Below are positions 51,164 through 61,176 of a DNA stretch of 64,000 nt, in pieces. A program made the position numbers and the translations under genes. Within the stretch, counting starts at the first letter, position 1. Each line of letters opens with the position of its first letter. The notes under the pieces are model-generated. The model made no database searches and was not told the DNA's origin. It saw nothing but the letters and a program-made list of their open reading frames with translations. Source of the DNA: Strigamia acuminata (taxonomy: Eukaryota); contig OX442314.1 in the NCBI GenBank assembly GCA_949358305.1, positions 5,394,001 through 5,458,000 of the forward strand. The letters run 5' to 3'.

Positions 51164-53215
51164 TCAGATATTATTATTCAAAACCACTCGACCTCGATTC
51201 TTCTCAATTTTGCCCTTCTCGTTTGAATAACGCATCTCGCCCCTCTGTTGGTTTCGAGCTTCCGTAATGTTTTTACTCAGTTTTCCTCGCAAAATATTTC
51301 CCTCGTGTCCTGTATACGGTTTCTTTCGTTTATCCTTTTCTTTTGTCGGTTGAACAATCGCTCGTTCTCGTACGTTCGTTCGCGCCGTCACATCATTGCT
51401 TATTGTTCGTTTACTTTTCCGTCGTCTGGTCCTCCTTTTGTCTTGCTCCACGTTGTTTAATCTCTCACTGACTCTCACATTAACAGTGTCCAAACTTTTG
51501 TTGAATTCATCATAATCCTCGCCAATTTCCTCGCCCAAATTCGCGACCGAAACAGTCTTCAATTCCTTCGCTTGATACTCGTGCCCATTGCGTTGCGCTT
51601 CTCCGCATGACACGATTTCACACAGCTCGATTTTCTTGCTTGCGTCGAACCTATCAAATATATCATTAATCTTAGCCACTTTAGCATCCAGTCTCGCTTC
51701 TCTCGCATCAAGTTCGCCCAGTTTCACATCAACTTTGGCCAACTTCGCATCGAGTGCTGCGAGTTTTGCATCAAGTTGGGCACTCTTCTCGTCCAAGTCG
51801 CTCTTCGTACGGTCGTCCATGCTCCACGTGTCGTCGCTACGTACTTCATCGTCGTCCGCTCCGCTATTTTGTGGCTGCATTTCCTCCGTAACTGCTCCTT
51901 CGTTCTTAGTTACGAATGCACACATGGCACCTTCTTGCGTTTTCGAGTGTGTAGCCATGCTCGCATTTACTACGGTCTCTACATTTAATCGATACACGTC
52001 GCCTATCTTCGTCGCGGTCATGATCACTCGATCCCCGCATGAAATCGAGCACTTTCCGCCTCCAAAAACAATTCGTAGCTCTGCCTCGTCTAGTCTCGGC
52101 ACCGAAATCAAGTTGTCGCTCAAACCGGGGACAAACAACGCGTCCTTCGCAACCAAATCTGCATCGTTCGTCGTCAGTCGCACGTTTCCGATCCCCATTA
52201 TTGGAATTTTTCGCCCATCGGCCAATGTTACTTCGCGGTTCCCGTTTTCTGCTGCAAACGTTTCGAAAAAGTCCCGGTTGCCCGTCATATGTCGTGTTGC
52301 GCCCGAATCGAGGTTCCATTCTCTTCCCTCGGTCTTAACCTGAAAAACAAATTGGTTAGTTTTCACAGCCCTGACGGTCGCGTCTGGCTGCTGCTCCTTC
52401 CTTGCACTCTGCTTTGGCTGATTCTGGCTCGCATCATGCTCGTTTTCGGTTCCTGCTTGGCTCCGACAATTTCTCGCGATGTGCCCGAACTTCTGGCAGT
52501 TGTAGCACTTCACGTGCTTCAAATCTCGTCTGCGTTCACCGCTTTGCTCGCCGTTTCCTTCACTGTTGCGTTCACCGCCCCGATTGTTGCCGTTCGTGCG
52601 GTGCGACAAACTAACTTTGTGCAGCTTTTCGTACACCTCGTCGTCACCCGTCTGGCGCGACTCTTCCTGCAGTATCATGTGGCGCAGCTTCACCATCGTC
52701 ACGGCATCGTCGTCGCACATATCGAACGCCCTCGGAATGCTGTGGTACGCTTTCGGCAGTGTCTGTATTATCATCGTCCCGACCTCCAGCTCCGAAATTT
52801 CGCCTCCGACCGCTCGCAACTGGTTTACCGTCGACTCCACGCGTTGTAGAAACTTTGTGGCCGTCTCCGCTTTCTCCCATCGCATCTTGGTCAGTTCTCT
52901 CCGCAAAATGGTCTGCCGCTGCCTCGCTTGTCCTCGGTGCACTTCCTCCAACTTCTCCCAGCATTCTCGTGCCGTGTCCTTGTTGATCACGTACACTGTC
53001 TGGGCCGGCGATAAAGCTTGCACGATTGCATTCATTGCCTTTTCGTCCTTGCCTCTCCACGCGTTCCTTGCAGCCAAAGCTCCGTTCACTGGTGGCTCGT
53101 CGACGATTACCGTCCACCATTCGGACTTTCTTAGGAAAACGCGCATCTTGAACGCCCACGTGGCGTAGTTCTCATCCTCCAGCTTCTCGATCCTCGAATT
53201 ATCTCTTTCCGTCAT
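51164..53215 (-). CDS. Copia Gag + protease + coiled-coil/basic tail, unit 2
   Basis: 683 aa; differs from unit 1 at two residues. Confidence 0.88.
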   Translation of the reverse strand: MTERDNSRIEKLEDENYATWAFKMRVFLRKSEWWTVIVDEPPVNGALAARNAWRGKDEKAMNAIVQALSPAQTVYVINKDTARECWEKLEEVHRGQARQRQTILRRELTKMRWEKAETATKFLQRVESTVNQLRAVGGEISELEVGTMIIQTLPKAYHSIPRAFDMCDDDAVTMVKLRHMILQEESRQTGDDEVYEKLHKVSLSHRTNGNNRGGERNSEGNGEQSGERRRDLKHVKCYNCQKFGHIARNCRSQAGTENEHDASQNQPKQSARKEQQPDATVRAVKTNQFVFQVKTEGREWNLDSGATRHMTGNRDFFETFAAENGNREVTLADGRKIPIMGIGNVRLTTNDADLVAKDALFVPGLSDNLISVPRLDEAELRIVFGGGKCSISCGDRVIMTATKIGDVYRLNVETVVNASMATHSKTQEGAMCAFVTKNEGAVTEEMQPQNSGADDDEVRSDDTWSMDDRTKSDLDEKSAQLDAKLAALDAKLAKVDVKLGELDAREARLDAKVAKINDIFDRFDASKKIELCEIVSCGEAQRNGHEYQAKELKTVSVANLGEEIGEDYDEFNKSLDTVNVRVSERLNNVEQDKRRTRRRKSKRTISNDVTARTNVRERAIVQPTKEKDKRKKPYTGHEGNILRGKLSKNITEARNQQRGEMRYSNEKGKIEKNRGRVVLNNNI

Positions 53216-55251
53216 TTTTTAATCTTGGATTTCGTGATCTACCACGCGTTTGGTTTAAGCCTAACGTCTCGTGGTCCGGTCAGCGGTCAATACGTTGAAA
53301 ATGCCCGAAAAGTGTTTTTTACGAATCAAAAACTCACGCAGTTTGAGGATGCTGTGCCCATAACCCTTTGTTGGAATTGAATGAGAGGAGATGGCATCGA
53401 TTGTTGCTGATATACTCGTTTATTCAGCGCGCACGTTATAGCAACGATCTGCACGTTCTGGTCACATAACAGGAAGTCAGGTGACCACGTGATTGGGCAG
53501 TCGTAATACACACAACTCCCCCTGGCGGTGGGAGACCCTTACACGGGATTTGGAATACACTGGGCCAGGTGACACAAAATATCAACACTTATGATGAAAG
53601 ATGATGAAAACAAACCGAACTGCAGTTTAATAGGTCTGGATGATTTCGTAAACACTAGAAATCATTGGAGCAGGCGTCACACATCTTGGCTGTTTTTGCT
53701 TCTATTTTGTACATGCATGCTCACTTACCAGACGTACGATCGAATAATGCATTACTTAAGTTATCCTACGGCTGTTGATGTGACGACCAAATCGGAAGAG
53801 ATTGTGCTACCAGATTTGATGATCTGCAGTGGCAACACAAAAGAAATGGTCAGGCTTTGGAATAAAACTTATGAGAACATCAAAACTACTGGTCCAATCG
53901 ATATCACTTCAGCCCCAAATGATTGTATAAACATGGTCAAACGTCTGATGGCAATTCCAAATTATGATATGGATGAACTTTGGAGAGCGACCAATTTGTC
54001 CAAAGAGATAGTCGGCATTAAAATGAAGGTAGAAAAAATAAAATTAATTTTTTAAATAATTAGTCTTAATTTAATTTGTTCAGGGATTTTCAAACAAAAC
54101 AGCTGTTCTGACGGAAACTGACACTTCGTATGGAATATGCTCAACATTTCGATTTTGTAACTATAAACAAAAAAAAAGAATGTGTGCTTAAGACCACACG
54201 GTTGAAGTTAAACTTCTTGACATGTAAAGTGTAATTTTGTAATCTTAATTTGTAATTGTCAGTACTCTGAGACCAAAATAATTATATTTTTGGGCCAAAA
54301 TCATTATGGTTTTTATCAAAAATCATTCTTTTTTGCCCAACACAAAAACTAACCATGTTAGTGATTACAAATAAGATGTTACACGAGATATCAAACGAGA
54401 TGTGTCATGAAAAACAATTAAAAACGTTGAAACCCTGCCTCATGGAGCATAAGACCAAAACTGGCTAAATATTGTTCTTTCAGAAGGTGAAAAGCATTAT
54501 TCGTGACTTGTTTGAAGAGGAGTTCTTTATTAGTGGTTTTGAGGTTGCTGCACTCAATGCATCCAAAGAGGTGTTCCCAGACTCCATTTTACATGTATCA
54601 CTACAAATATCATTATAGCGACGGCCACTATATTGACGGGTGCACTTTAGCGTTGGACAGCGAAGTCAGCGATGGTAAAATGCACCTGTCGCTAAAGTGC
54701 TTTTCGTGAAATCCCATGATGCGACACGTCTCGTGTGACATCCCTTTTGGATTCACCTGTGCCGAGAGAAGTTTAACTTCAAAAACATAACCTACTTGAT
54801 AACACAAATATCATTCATTGGTACAGCTATAACTAATAGCAAATCATTTGTCCGGAAATTATTGACAGCAAATATTGAAAAAACATATGATTACGTATGC
54901 CCAATAGCTCCGTATCTAGTACGTAGTACAGTACCGAGTATAACGTATCAGAAAATGCAGTTTTTGTTATTTTTTTTTTCTTTCTATTTTCGCTTAGGTT
55001 TACATGTCATTTTACGATTTTGGAAGAAATATTCTTGCAGGAATGTCATACCTTGGAGAAACATTAAAAATAGATTTGAGTTTTAATAAAGTAAACTTTT
55101 AAATTGTCTGTTGAAACTAGCAAGTAATATTTATATTACTTATTACATTTTAGTTCATATTTTTGAATTCATCGAAGAGTTCATGCTCCAGTGAAAAGGA
55201 ATACAAAGACTGCTATCGTGGATGTATGATGAAAAAATTTAAAGATCATTT

Positions 55252-58200
55252 TGTTATGAATCAAGTAAAAACGGTTGAAGTTTAATACAGTTTAGAGCAA
55301 CCTCACTGTTCTACATCAAGTGAATGAGTGGGGAAAAAACACAGGAAGGATGTTCACTCCATATATGGTAGGAGTGTCACCACAGGATATAAAAAACTCA
55401 AACTACATTAATTACACAATGACATCAAGTGGTGATTTTCCACATCAAATATCCCAACAAATTCCCCCAAAATCAACAATTCGATTTCATCACAAAAACA
55501 CTTCTCAAAAACACAATTATATAAAAACAATCAATATGAACACTGCACACAATAAAGTCATTATTCCCCCACAGTCTTTAGTCCTAATGCTTCTAGTATT
55601 CCATTTAGTGCAGGTCCGGCTAAAGGCTTCGTTAAAAAGTCTGCTAACATGTCCTCGCTTGCGACATGTTCCACGATAATGTTTCCGTCCTCAATCTCTT
55701 GTTTGATGAAATGCACCTTTCGATTCAGGTGCTTGGTCCTCGTCTTTTGCGCTCCGCCTCGCAACAGTTTTACTGCGTTCAAACTATCGCAGTGCATTGT
55801 TGTGGTCTCTCCGTCGTCGACTTCTCCATTTAGTCCAATCGCGAGTTGTTTCAACCAAATTAATTCTCGCACTCCTTCGGTCAGCGCCAAGAGCTCACTC
55901 TCTGTGCTCGACATCGCAACTATTGCTTGTTTCTGGCACTTCCAGTTAATGATCGAATTCCCGTCCATCGCAATAAATCCCGAAAACGATCGTGCGTTCG
56001 CCGTCCGGTCCCAGCTCGCGTCTGAGTAGCCGTGGATGTGGCTCTCTTCCCTTCCGTAATTCAACTTGTATTCGATTGTCCCCTTCAAGTATCTTAGCAC
56101 GCGCTTCAATGCGGTAAAATGGATTTTTCGTGGGTCCTTGTTATACTGCGATAACAGGCTCATCGGGAAACTCAGGTCTGGTCTTGTGTGTGTGGCAAGG
56201 TACATCATCTTGCCCAGCAGTTCTTGATACTGTGTTGCGTCAACTTTCTCACTTTCTTCAAATTCATCCAGGTTTTGATTGGGGTTCACTGGGGTTATTG
56301 CCGCATTGCATCCCTCCAATCCTTCGCTTTCCACCAATCTTTTGATGTATCCGCCTTGGTGGATGTTGATTCTTCCATCTCTGTATTCGACTTGGATTCC
56401 TAAAATGTACTCCAATCTGCCTATGCTCACGAACTCAATTTCTTCCTTCATTTTTGACATTAATTCCGTCTCGAATTCGTCCGTGGATGCCAAGGACAGG
56501 TCATCGTCCACGTATACGCCTAGGAACATAAAGTTGCCATCAATAAAAATCACGTAAAGGCATGGGTCCTCTGGCGATGGTTTGAATCCAATTTTCTTCA
56601 ATGTTTTGTCCAACATCTCAAACCAACATCTCCCTGCCTGTTTTAATCCATAGATGCTCTTAATTAGTTGACACACATGTCCTTTTCCTCCTTCAACATA
56701 TCCTTCTGGCTGCATCATAAATATCGTCTCTTTTAGTTTGCCGTGAAGGTATGCGGCTTTGACATCATGTTGTTTTAATGGTCGGTTAATTTTTGCTGCT
56801 ACGTTGATCAGCATTCTCAGAGTCTCTATTCGGATGACCGGGGCGAAGGTCAGCTCGTAGTCGTCCCCGAATTTCTGCGAGTATCCAGTGGCTACCAATC
56901 TTGCTCGGAATCTTTCCGGTTCCCCCTCGGAATTTAACTTCACTTTATAAACCCACTTGGATTTCACCGCCTTCTTTCCTTTTGGCAATTTTCCAATCTT
57001 CCACACTCCGTGTTGTTTCATCGAACTCATTTCGTCATCCATCGCGGCCTTCCATTCCGTTGCGTTGTTGGAATTTGTCGCTTCATTGTAATTTTTCGGC
57101 GTTAAAATTTCTTCTACTAGTAATGCCATTTGCTTCGTCTTAATTCTCTCTGATCTTCGTGCTCCTTGGACGACCAACTGTCGTTCACGTTCCTCTCTTT
57201 GCATCGTGTCTGCGACCAATTTCATTTCTCTGGTCACTCCTGCTGGTCGTCCTCTCTGTGGTGGTTCGGCACGTTCATCTTGATCGTCATTTTCTTCCGC
57301 GTTGTCCTCTGGTTCATTTGTTTCATCTTCTTCTTCATTTATCTCATTTTGTTCTTCTTCCTCGGCATCGTCTGATTCGTCTTCATTTTCTTCGCAGTTC
57401 AGATCAATTTTGACTGTTTCAATTTCTTCATCGTCTTTGATTTCTCCATTCAGCAAATCTGCGCCAAGTTTGCTCTCGTCAAATTTGACATCAATTTCTT
57501 CACTAATCGAGTTGTTTTTCGGGTGGTAAATCCGGTACGCTTTTCTTGTGTTTGAGTAGCCAATAAATATTGCTTTTTCTGCTTTGGGATCCAATTTCTT
57601 TCGCTTGTGGTCCTTAATTAGCACATATGCTACACATCCAAATCTTCTCAAGTATTTCAAATTTGGTTTTCTGCCAAACCATATCTCAAATGGTGTGCGT
57701 CCGTGAACTGACGATTTGCATCGGTTGCGGATGTGTGCCACTGTCGATACGCACTCCGCCCAAAACGTCTTTGGCAGTTTGCAATCTTTTAACATTGCTC
57801 TCAACATCTCAAGTATTGTCCGGTTTGCGCGTTCTGCGACGCCATTGCTAGCCGGGTTAAATGCTGTGGTCAGCTGATGTTCAATGCCCCTCTTTGTCGT
57901 CCATTCCTTCATGCTTTTGGACAAGAACTCGCCGCCATTGTCGCTCCTTAATTTCTTCAACTTTTTGTCAGTCTGTCGTTCCATGCATGTGATTAGCTCC
58001 GTCAGTTTCTCCTTTGCGTCGCTTTTTGCTTTTAAAGTCTTTATCATCAACATCCTACTCCAATCGTCCACTACAGTCATTATATAGTTTGCACCTCCTC
58101 GAGATTCGGGTCCAATTGCTCCAACTAGGTCAATGTGCCACAATTCCATAATGCTGGACGATTGTCGGTCTGTTACCGATTTGTGCGACGACTTTTTCAT

Positions 58201-59372
58201 CTTTCCCGCGATGCATGGTTCACACACGGCGCCACCTTTGCTGCTAATTTCTATGCCATATGCAAGTTCTTCGTTTTTCATCTCTCGCAGTGTGTTGTAG
58301 TTTAAGTGTCCCAATCTCACGTGCCAATTGTTGTCTTTTTCCTCCGCTTTATAAGACTTCTCATTTTCTTTTATGTTTGCCTTCAACACAAACATGTCTC
58401 CCTTTCTTGGCACCATCATAACTTGTTCTCCATTTTCATCATTAATTGTTGCGCTCGTTTTGGAGAATGTGACTTTTAGTCCATTATCGACTATTTTCGA
58501 TACTGACAACAAGTTGCTACCAATTTGTGGTACACACAGTACTTTCTTCAATCTGGAATTTTTCCCGTCGTGTTCGAGCACAATCTCGCCCATTCCAATC
58601 GATTTCATGCTTTTTCCTTTCTTCGCCATTCCGATATTCTTCTCATCTTCATCGAATGTGTCGAAATGTTTTGCATCCAGCGCCGTCATGTGGCTTGTCG
58701 CTCCGGAATCCAACACCCAATCGTTTTCTTCATTTGGTTCTTCATTCGTCTCTTCATCATTGGTGTTTTCATCCATCTAGTACGTCATGAGTGTGAACTC
58801 AGGCTTTTCCTCGTACGCCATCATTGATATTTCGCTTTTTCCTCTGCCGCGACCTCGCTGATTGCCTCTGCCTCGTCCTCGTCCTCTTGAGTCGCCACTT
58901 TTAAATTCCTTTTTAGGTTTCGAACAATCTTTCGATAAGTGACCAAACTCCTGGCAGTTGTAACATTTTGCCTCACTGTAGCATTCTCTTGCCATATGTC
59001 CTCCACGGCCACAGTTGAAGCATGTGCGCTTTGGCTTTTGTCCCTTCTCTCGTGTTTTTAGTGCGGTCTCATTTGTTGTCGTATTTTTCTCTTCTTTTCT
59101 AGTTGAAATTCGACCTTCCTCCATTTTTAGTATGTTGCGGATTTTCGACATGTCCAAATTCGCCTGCACTTCAATTGCGCGCACATTCGCGTCAAATTCT
59201 CTCCGCAATCCTTTCGTCACATAAAACTGGCTCTCGTAGTCGTCAATTGGTTTGCCAAGTTTCGCACAGCGATTAATTATCGCTTCGGCTCTGTTTATGT
59301 AGGTGTCTACATCTTCTTTGCTGCTCATCTTCAGCTGTGTCAATTCACGATTTGCGCGATACTTCATCGCCA
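55252..59372 (-). mobile_element. Ty1/Copia retrotransposon, 5'-truncated
   Basis: Probable 3' LTR 55252-55459 (TG..CA) next to PPT gggggaatt; pol and partial gag present; no 5' LTR. Confidence 0.88.
55561..58776 (-). CDS. Copia Pol (PR-IN-RT-RNase H)
   Basis: WVLDSGA, WHVRLGH..CEPC, RSDNGGEF, RFRARLV, YVDD, YSDASW, MLADFLTK. Confidence 0.9.
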   Translation of the reverse strand: MDENTNDEETNEEPNEENDWVLDSGATSHMTALDAKHFDTFDEDEKNIGMAKKGKSMKSIGMGEIVLEHDGKNSRLKKVLCVPQIGSNLLSVSKIVDNGLKVTFSKTSATINDENGEQVMMVPRKGDMFVLKANIKENEKSYKAEEKDNNWHVRLGHLNYNTLREMKNEELAYGIEISSKGGAVCEPCIAGKMKKSSHKSVTDRQSSSIMELWHIDLVGAIGPESRGGANYIMTVVDDWSRMLMIKTLKAKSDAKEKLTELITCMERQTDKKLKKLRSDNGGEFLSKSMKEWTTKRGIEHQLTTAFNPASNGVAERANRTILEMLRAMLKDCKLPKTFWAECVSTVAHIRNRCKSSVHGRTPFEIWFGRKPNLKYLRRFGCVAYVLIKDHKRKKLDPKAEKAIFIGYSNTRKAYRIYHPKNNSISEEIDVKFDESKLGADLLNGEIKDDEEIETVKIDLNCEENEDESDDAEEEEQNEINEEEDETNEPEDNAEENDDQDERAEPPQRGRPAGVTREMKLVADTMQREERERQLVVQGARRSERIKTKQMALLVEEILTPKNYNEATNSNNATEWKAAMDDEMSSMKQHGVWKIGKLPKGKKAVKSKWVYKVKLNSEGEPERFRARLVATGYSQKFGDDYELTFAPVIRIETLRMLINVAAKINRPLKQHDVKAAYLHGKLKETIFMMQPEGYVEGGKGHVCQLIKSIYGLKQAGRCWFEMLDKTLKKIGFKPSPEDPCLYVIFIDGNFMFLGVYVDDDLSLASTDEFETELMSKMKEEIEFVSIGRLEYILGIQVEYRDGRINIHQGGYIKRLVESEGLEGCNAAITPVNPNQNLDEFEESEKVDATQYQELLGKMMYLATHTRPDLSFPMSLLSQYNKDPRKIHFTALKRVLRYLKGTIEYKLNYGREESHIHGYSDASWDRTANARSFSGFIAMDGNSIINWKCQKQAIVAMSSTESELLALTEGVRELIWLKQLAIGLNGEVDDGETTTMHCDSLNAVKLLRGGAQKTRTKHLNRKVHFIKQEIEDGNIIVEHVASEDMLADFLTKPLAGPALNGILEALGLKTVGE

Positions 59373-59373
59373 T
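58777..59373 (-). pseudogene. Copia gag C-terminal part with two CCHC knuckles
   Basis: [28 protein letters not shown]; in frame with pol but separated by TAG; N-terminus missing. Confidence 0.85.
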
Positions 59374-59423
59374 CTGGTGGTGAAAATTAAAATTACAACT
59401 TGGGTCGAATTCTACTCGGTGTC

Positions 59424-61117
59424 ATGGGTGTATGGAATTGTGCGGTGCCTTGTTGCCGCAATCGTCGTAAAAAAGGTGGCAAAATTTTAAATTGGCATGC
59501 CTTTCCTAAGGATAAAAGTATAAGAAAGGCCTGGATTATAAAAATAAAGCGAGATGAAGGCCATGAATTTAAAATTACTGCCAACACAAAGGTATGTTCT
59601 GAACATTTCATGGCAAGTGATTATACGGCTAGATTGCATGGAAAATTAAAACTTTTGAAAAAAAATGCCGTTCCATCTGTTTTCAATTGGACTGATACAA
59701 CAAAGGTAAATTTATAGTTTAATTTGGTAAAAAATTTCAACTTTTTAAATGTTTTTTTTATTATGTTATAGGCTGATCGTTCACAGATTAGACAAAACAG
59801 ACTATCAAGTCGAAACAAAAATAAAGTTGCGGATTTGAATGTGGCTAATGTAAGTAATGAAAAAGGAGATCTAATTAATCTAATTAAATCTAATTAAATT
59901 TCTAGGTTGATAGTGATGGAAAGACATCGGACATTGAGACACCAAATACTCCCATTGACACACAGTATTCAAATGAAGATTCCTCTCCAGTGATGACAGA
60001 TTTTGAAGAGGAATGCAAGCAATTACGAAAGAAAATTGAAGATTTGCAGAGACAAGAATGCACGCAGATGGAAGCAGGAGTCCAAGAACTAAAGAAGCAA
60101 AATGAAAAACTGGAAAAAGAAAATCGAAGTTTAGAAATACAAATAGAAAAATGGAAAGGTAGAGCATTATCTTATAAAAATATAAAAAATTCACCAAAAC
60201 TGGTTAATTTTTACACAGGGTTGCCTGATGATTCGACTTTTCAGGGTTTAATAATTTATTTTAAAGATAAAATTGAGAAATGTGTTTATTGGAAAGGGGG
60301 GAAAACTGAAATGAATAAGAAATATCAGAGTGATAGATCCAATAAACCTGGGTTAGGCTCTAAGTTAAGTTTAGAGGACAGTTTATTTCTAATACTTTTA
60401 AGATTAAAATTGGCACCACCAATAGTTGATTTGGCAAGAACATTTGATCTCTCCACAGCAACAGCTAGCAGGCTATTTACTACATGGATTACTTTAATGT
60501 ATCATGAGTTTAAAACATTATTTAAAATTCCTCCTTTAGAGGTAATTAAAAAAGCAACACCACCGCAATTCAAAGAATACCCAGACACAACAATTATTAT
60601 TGACTGCACTGAAATTAAAGTCCAAAAAGCATTTGCACTACATACACAGAGAGAAACATTTTCTAACTACAAACACAATAACACTGTAAAAGCACTAATT
60701 GGCATTACTCCAGGGGGTTTAATTTGTTTTGTAAGCCCACTTTATGGTGGATCTGCCTCTGACAAACACATTGTAAAAGATTCTGGGTTTCTACAGTTAA
60801 TGACACCTGGTCATTGCATTATGGCAGATAAGGGATTTGAGATAGAATCCATGCTTCCTCCAGGAGTTACATTAAATGTGCCACCAAAATTTATGAAGAA
60901 AAAAACTATTCAAATGCCAGAAAATGATGTATTAACAACCAGAAAAATTGCTAAAGTTAGGGTACATGTGGAACGAGCAATAAGAAGGATTAAAACTTAT
61001 CATATTTTGGATCATGCTCTACCTTTAACACTAATTGATGTTTCTGAACAGATTGTAGCAGTATGTTCTTTTTTAACTAACTTTAAACCTACTCTTATAA
61101 AGCATAAAAATGAGTAA
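59424..61117 (+). CDS. THAP-HTH-DDE (Harbinger/DDE_Tnp_4-type) transposase
   Basis: Exons ~59424-59705, 59772-59849, 59906-61117. THAP CAVPCC..FP..W..VCSEHF..AVPSVF; IIDCTE, YKHNNTVK, GGSASD, MADKGF, RVHVERAI. Confidence 0.88.
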
Positions 61118-61176
61118 CAATACAATGTATAATTTATTGAAATTGTGAATAAATAAATAAAATATATTTTTACAGA

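Larger units (their letters stand above)
48139..53587 (-). mobile_element. Tandem (three-LTR) non-autonomous Copia-derived element
   Basis: 219-bp LTRs at 48139-48357, 50754-50972, 53369-53587; 2615-bp unit; single TSD cttat; half-tRNA-Met-type PBS gggttatgggcacagca; PPT gaagaaggtgtg. Confidence 0.93.
48068..55251 (+). pseudogene. DEG/ENaC gene copy 4 (closest to copy 1), interrupted and 3'-truncated
   Basis: Upstream 47640-48138 matches 305-800. Exon 1 is split by the LTR array (48139-53587) and resumes MMKDDENKPNC. Exons 2-4 follow until the Copia LTR at 55252. Confidence 0.85.

Noticed and set aside
48973..53168. Long plus-strand ORFs (251, 186, 200 aa)
   Set aside because: Antisense shadows of the Gag-protease ORFs.
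58777..58779. Programmed stop-codon readthrough between gag and pol
   Set aside because: Copia normally has one ORF and the context (TAC TAG ATG) is not a known readthrough signal; a nonsense mutation in a truncated copy is simpler. Other family copies would settle it.
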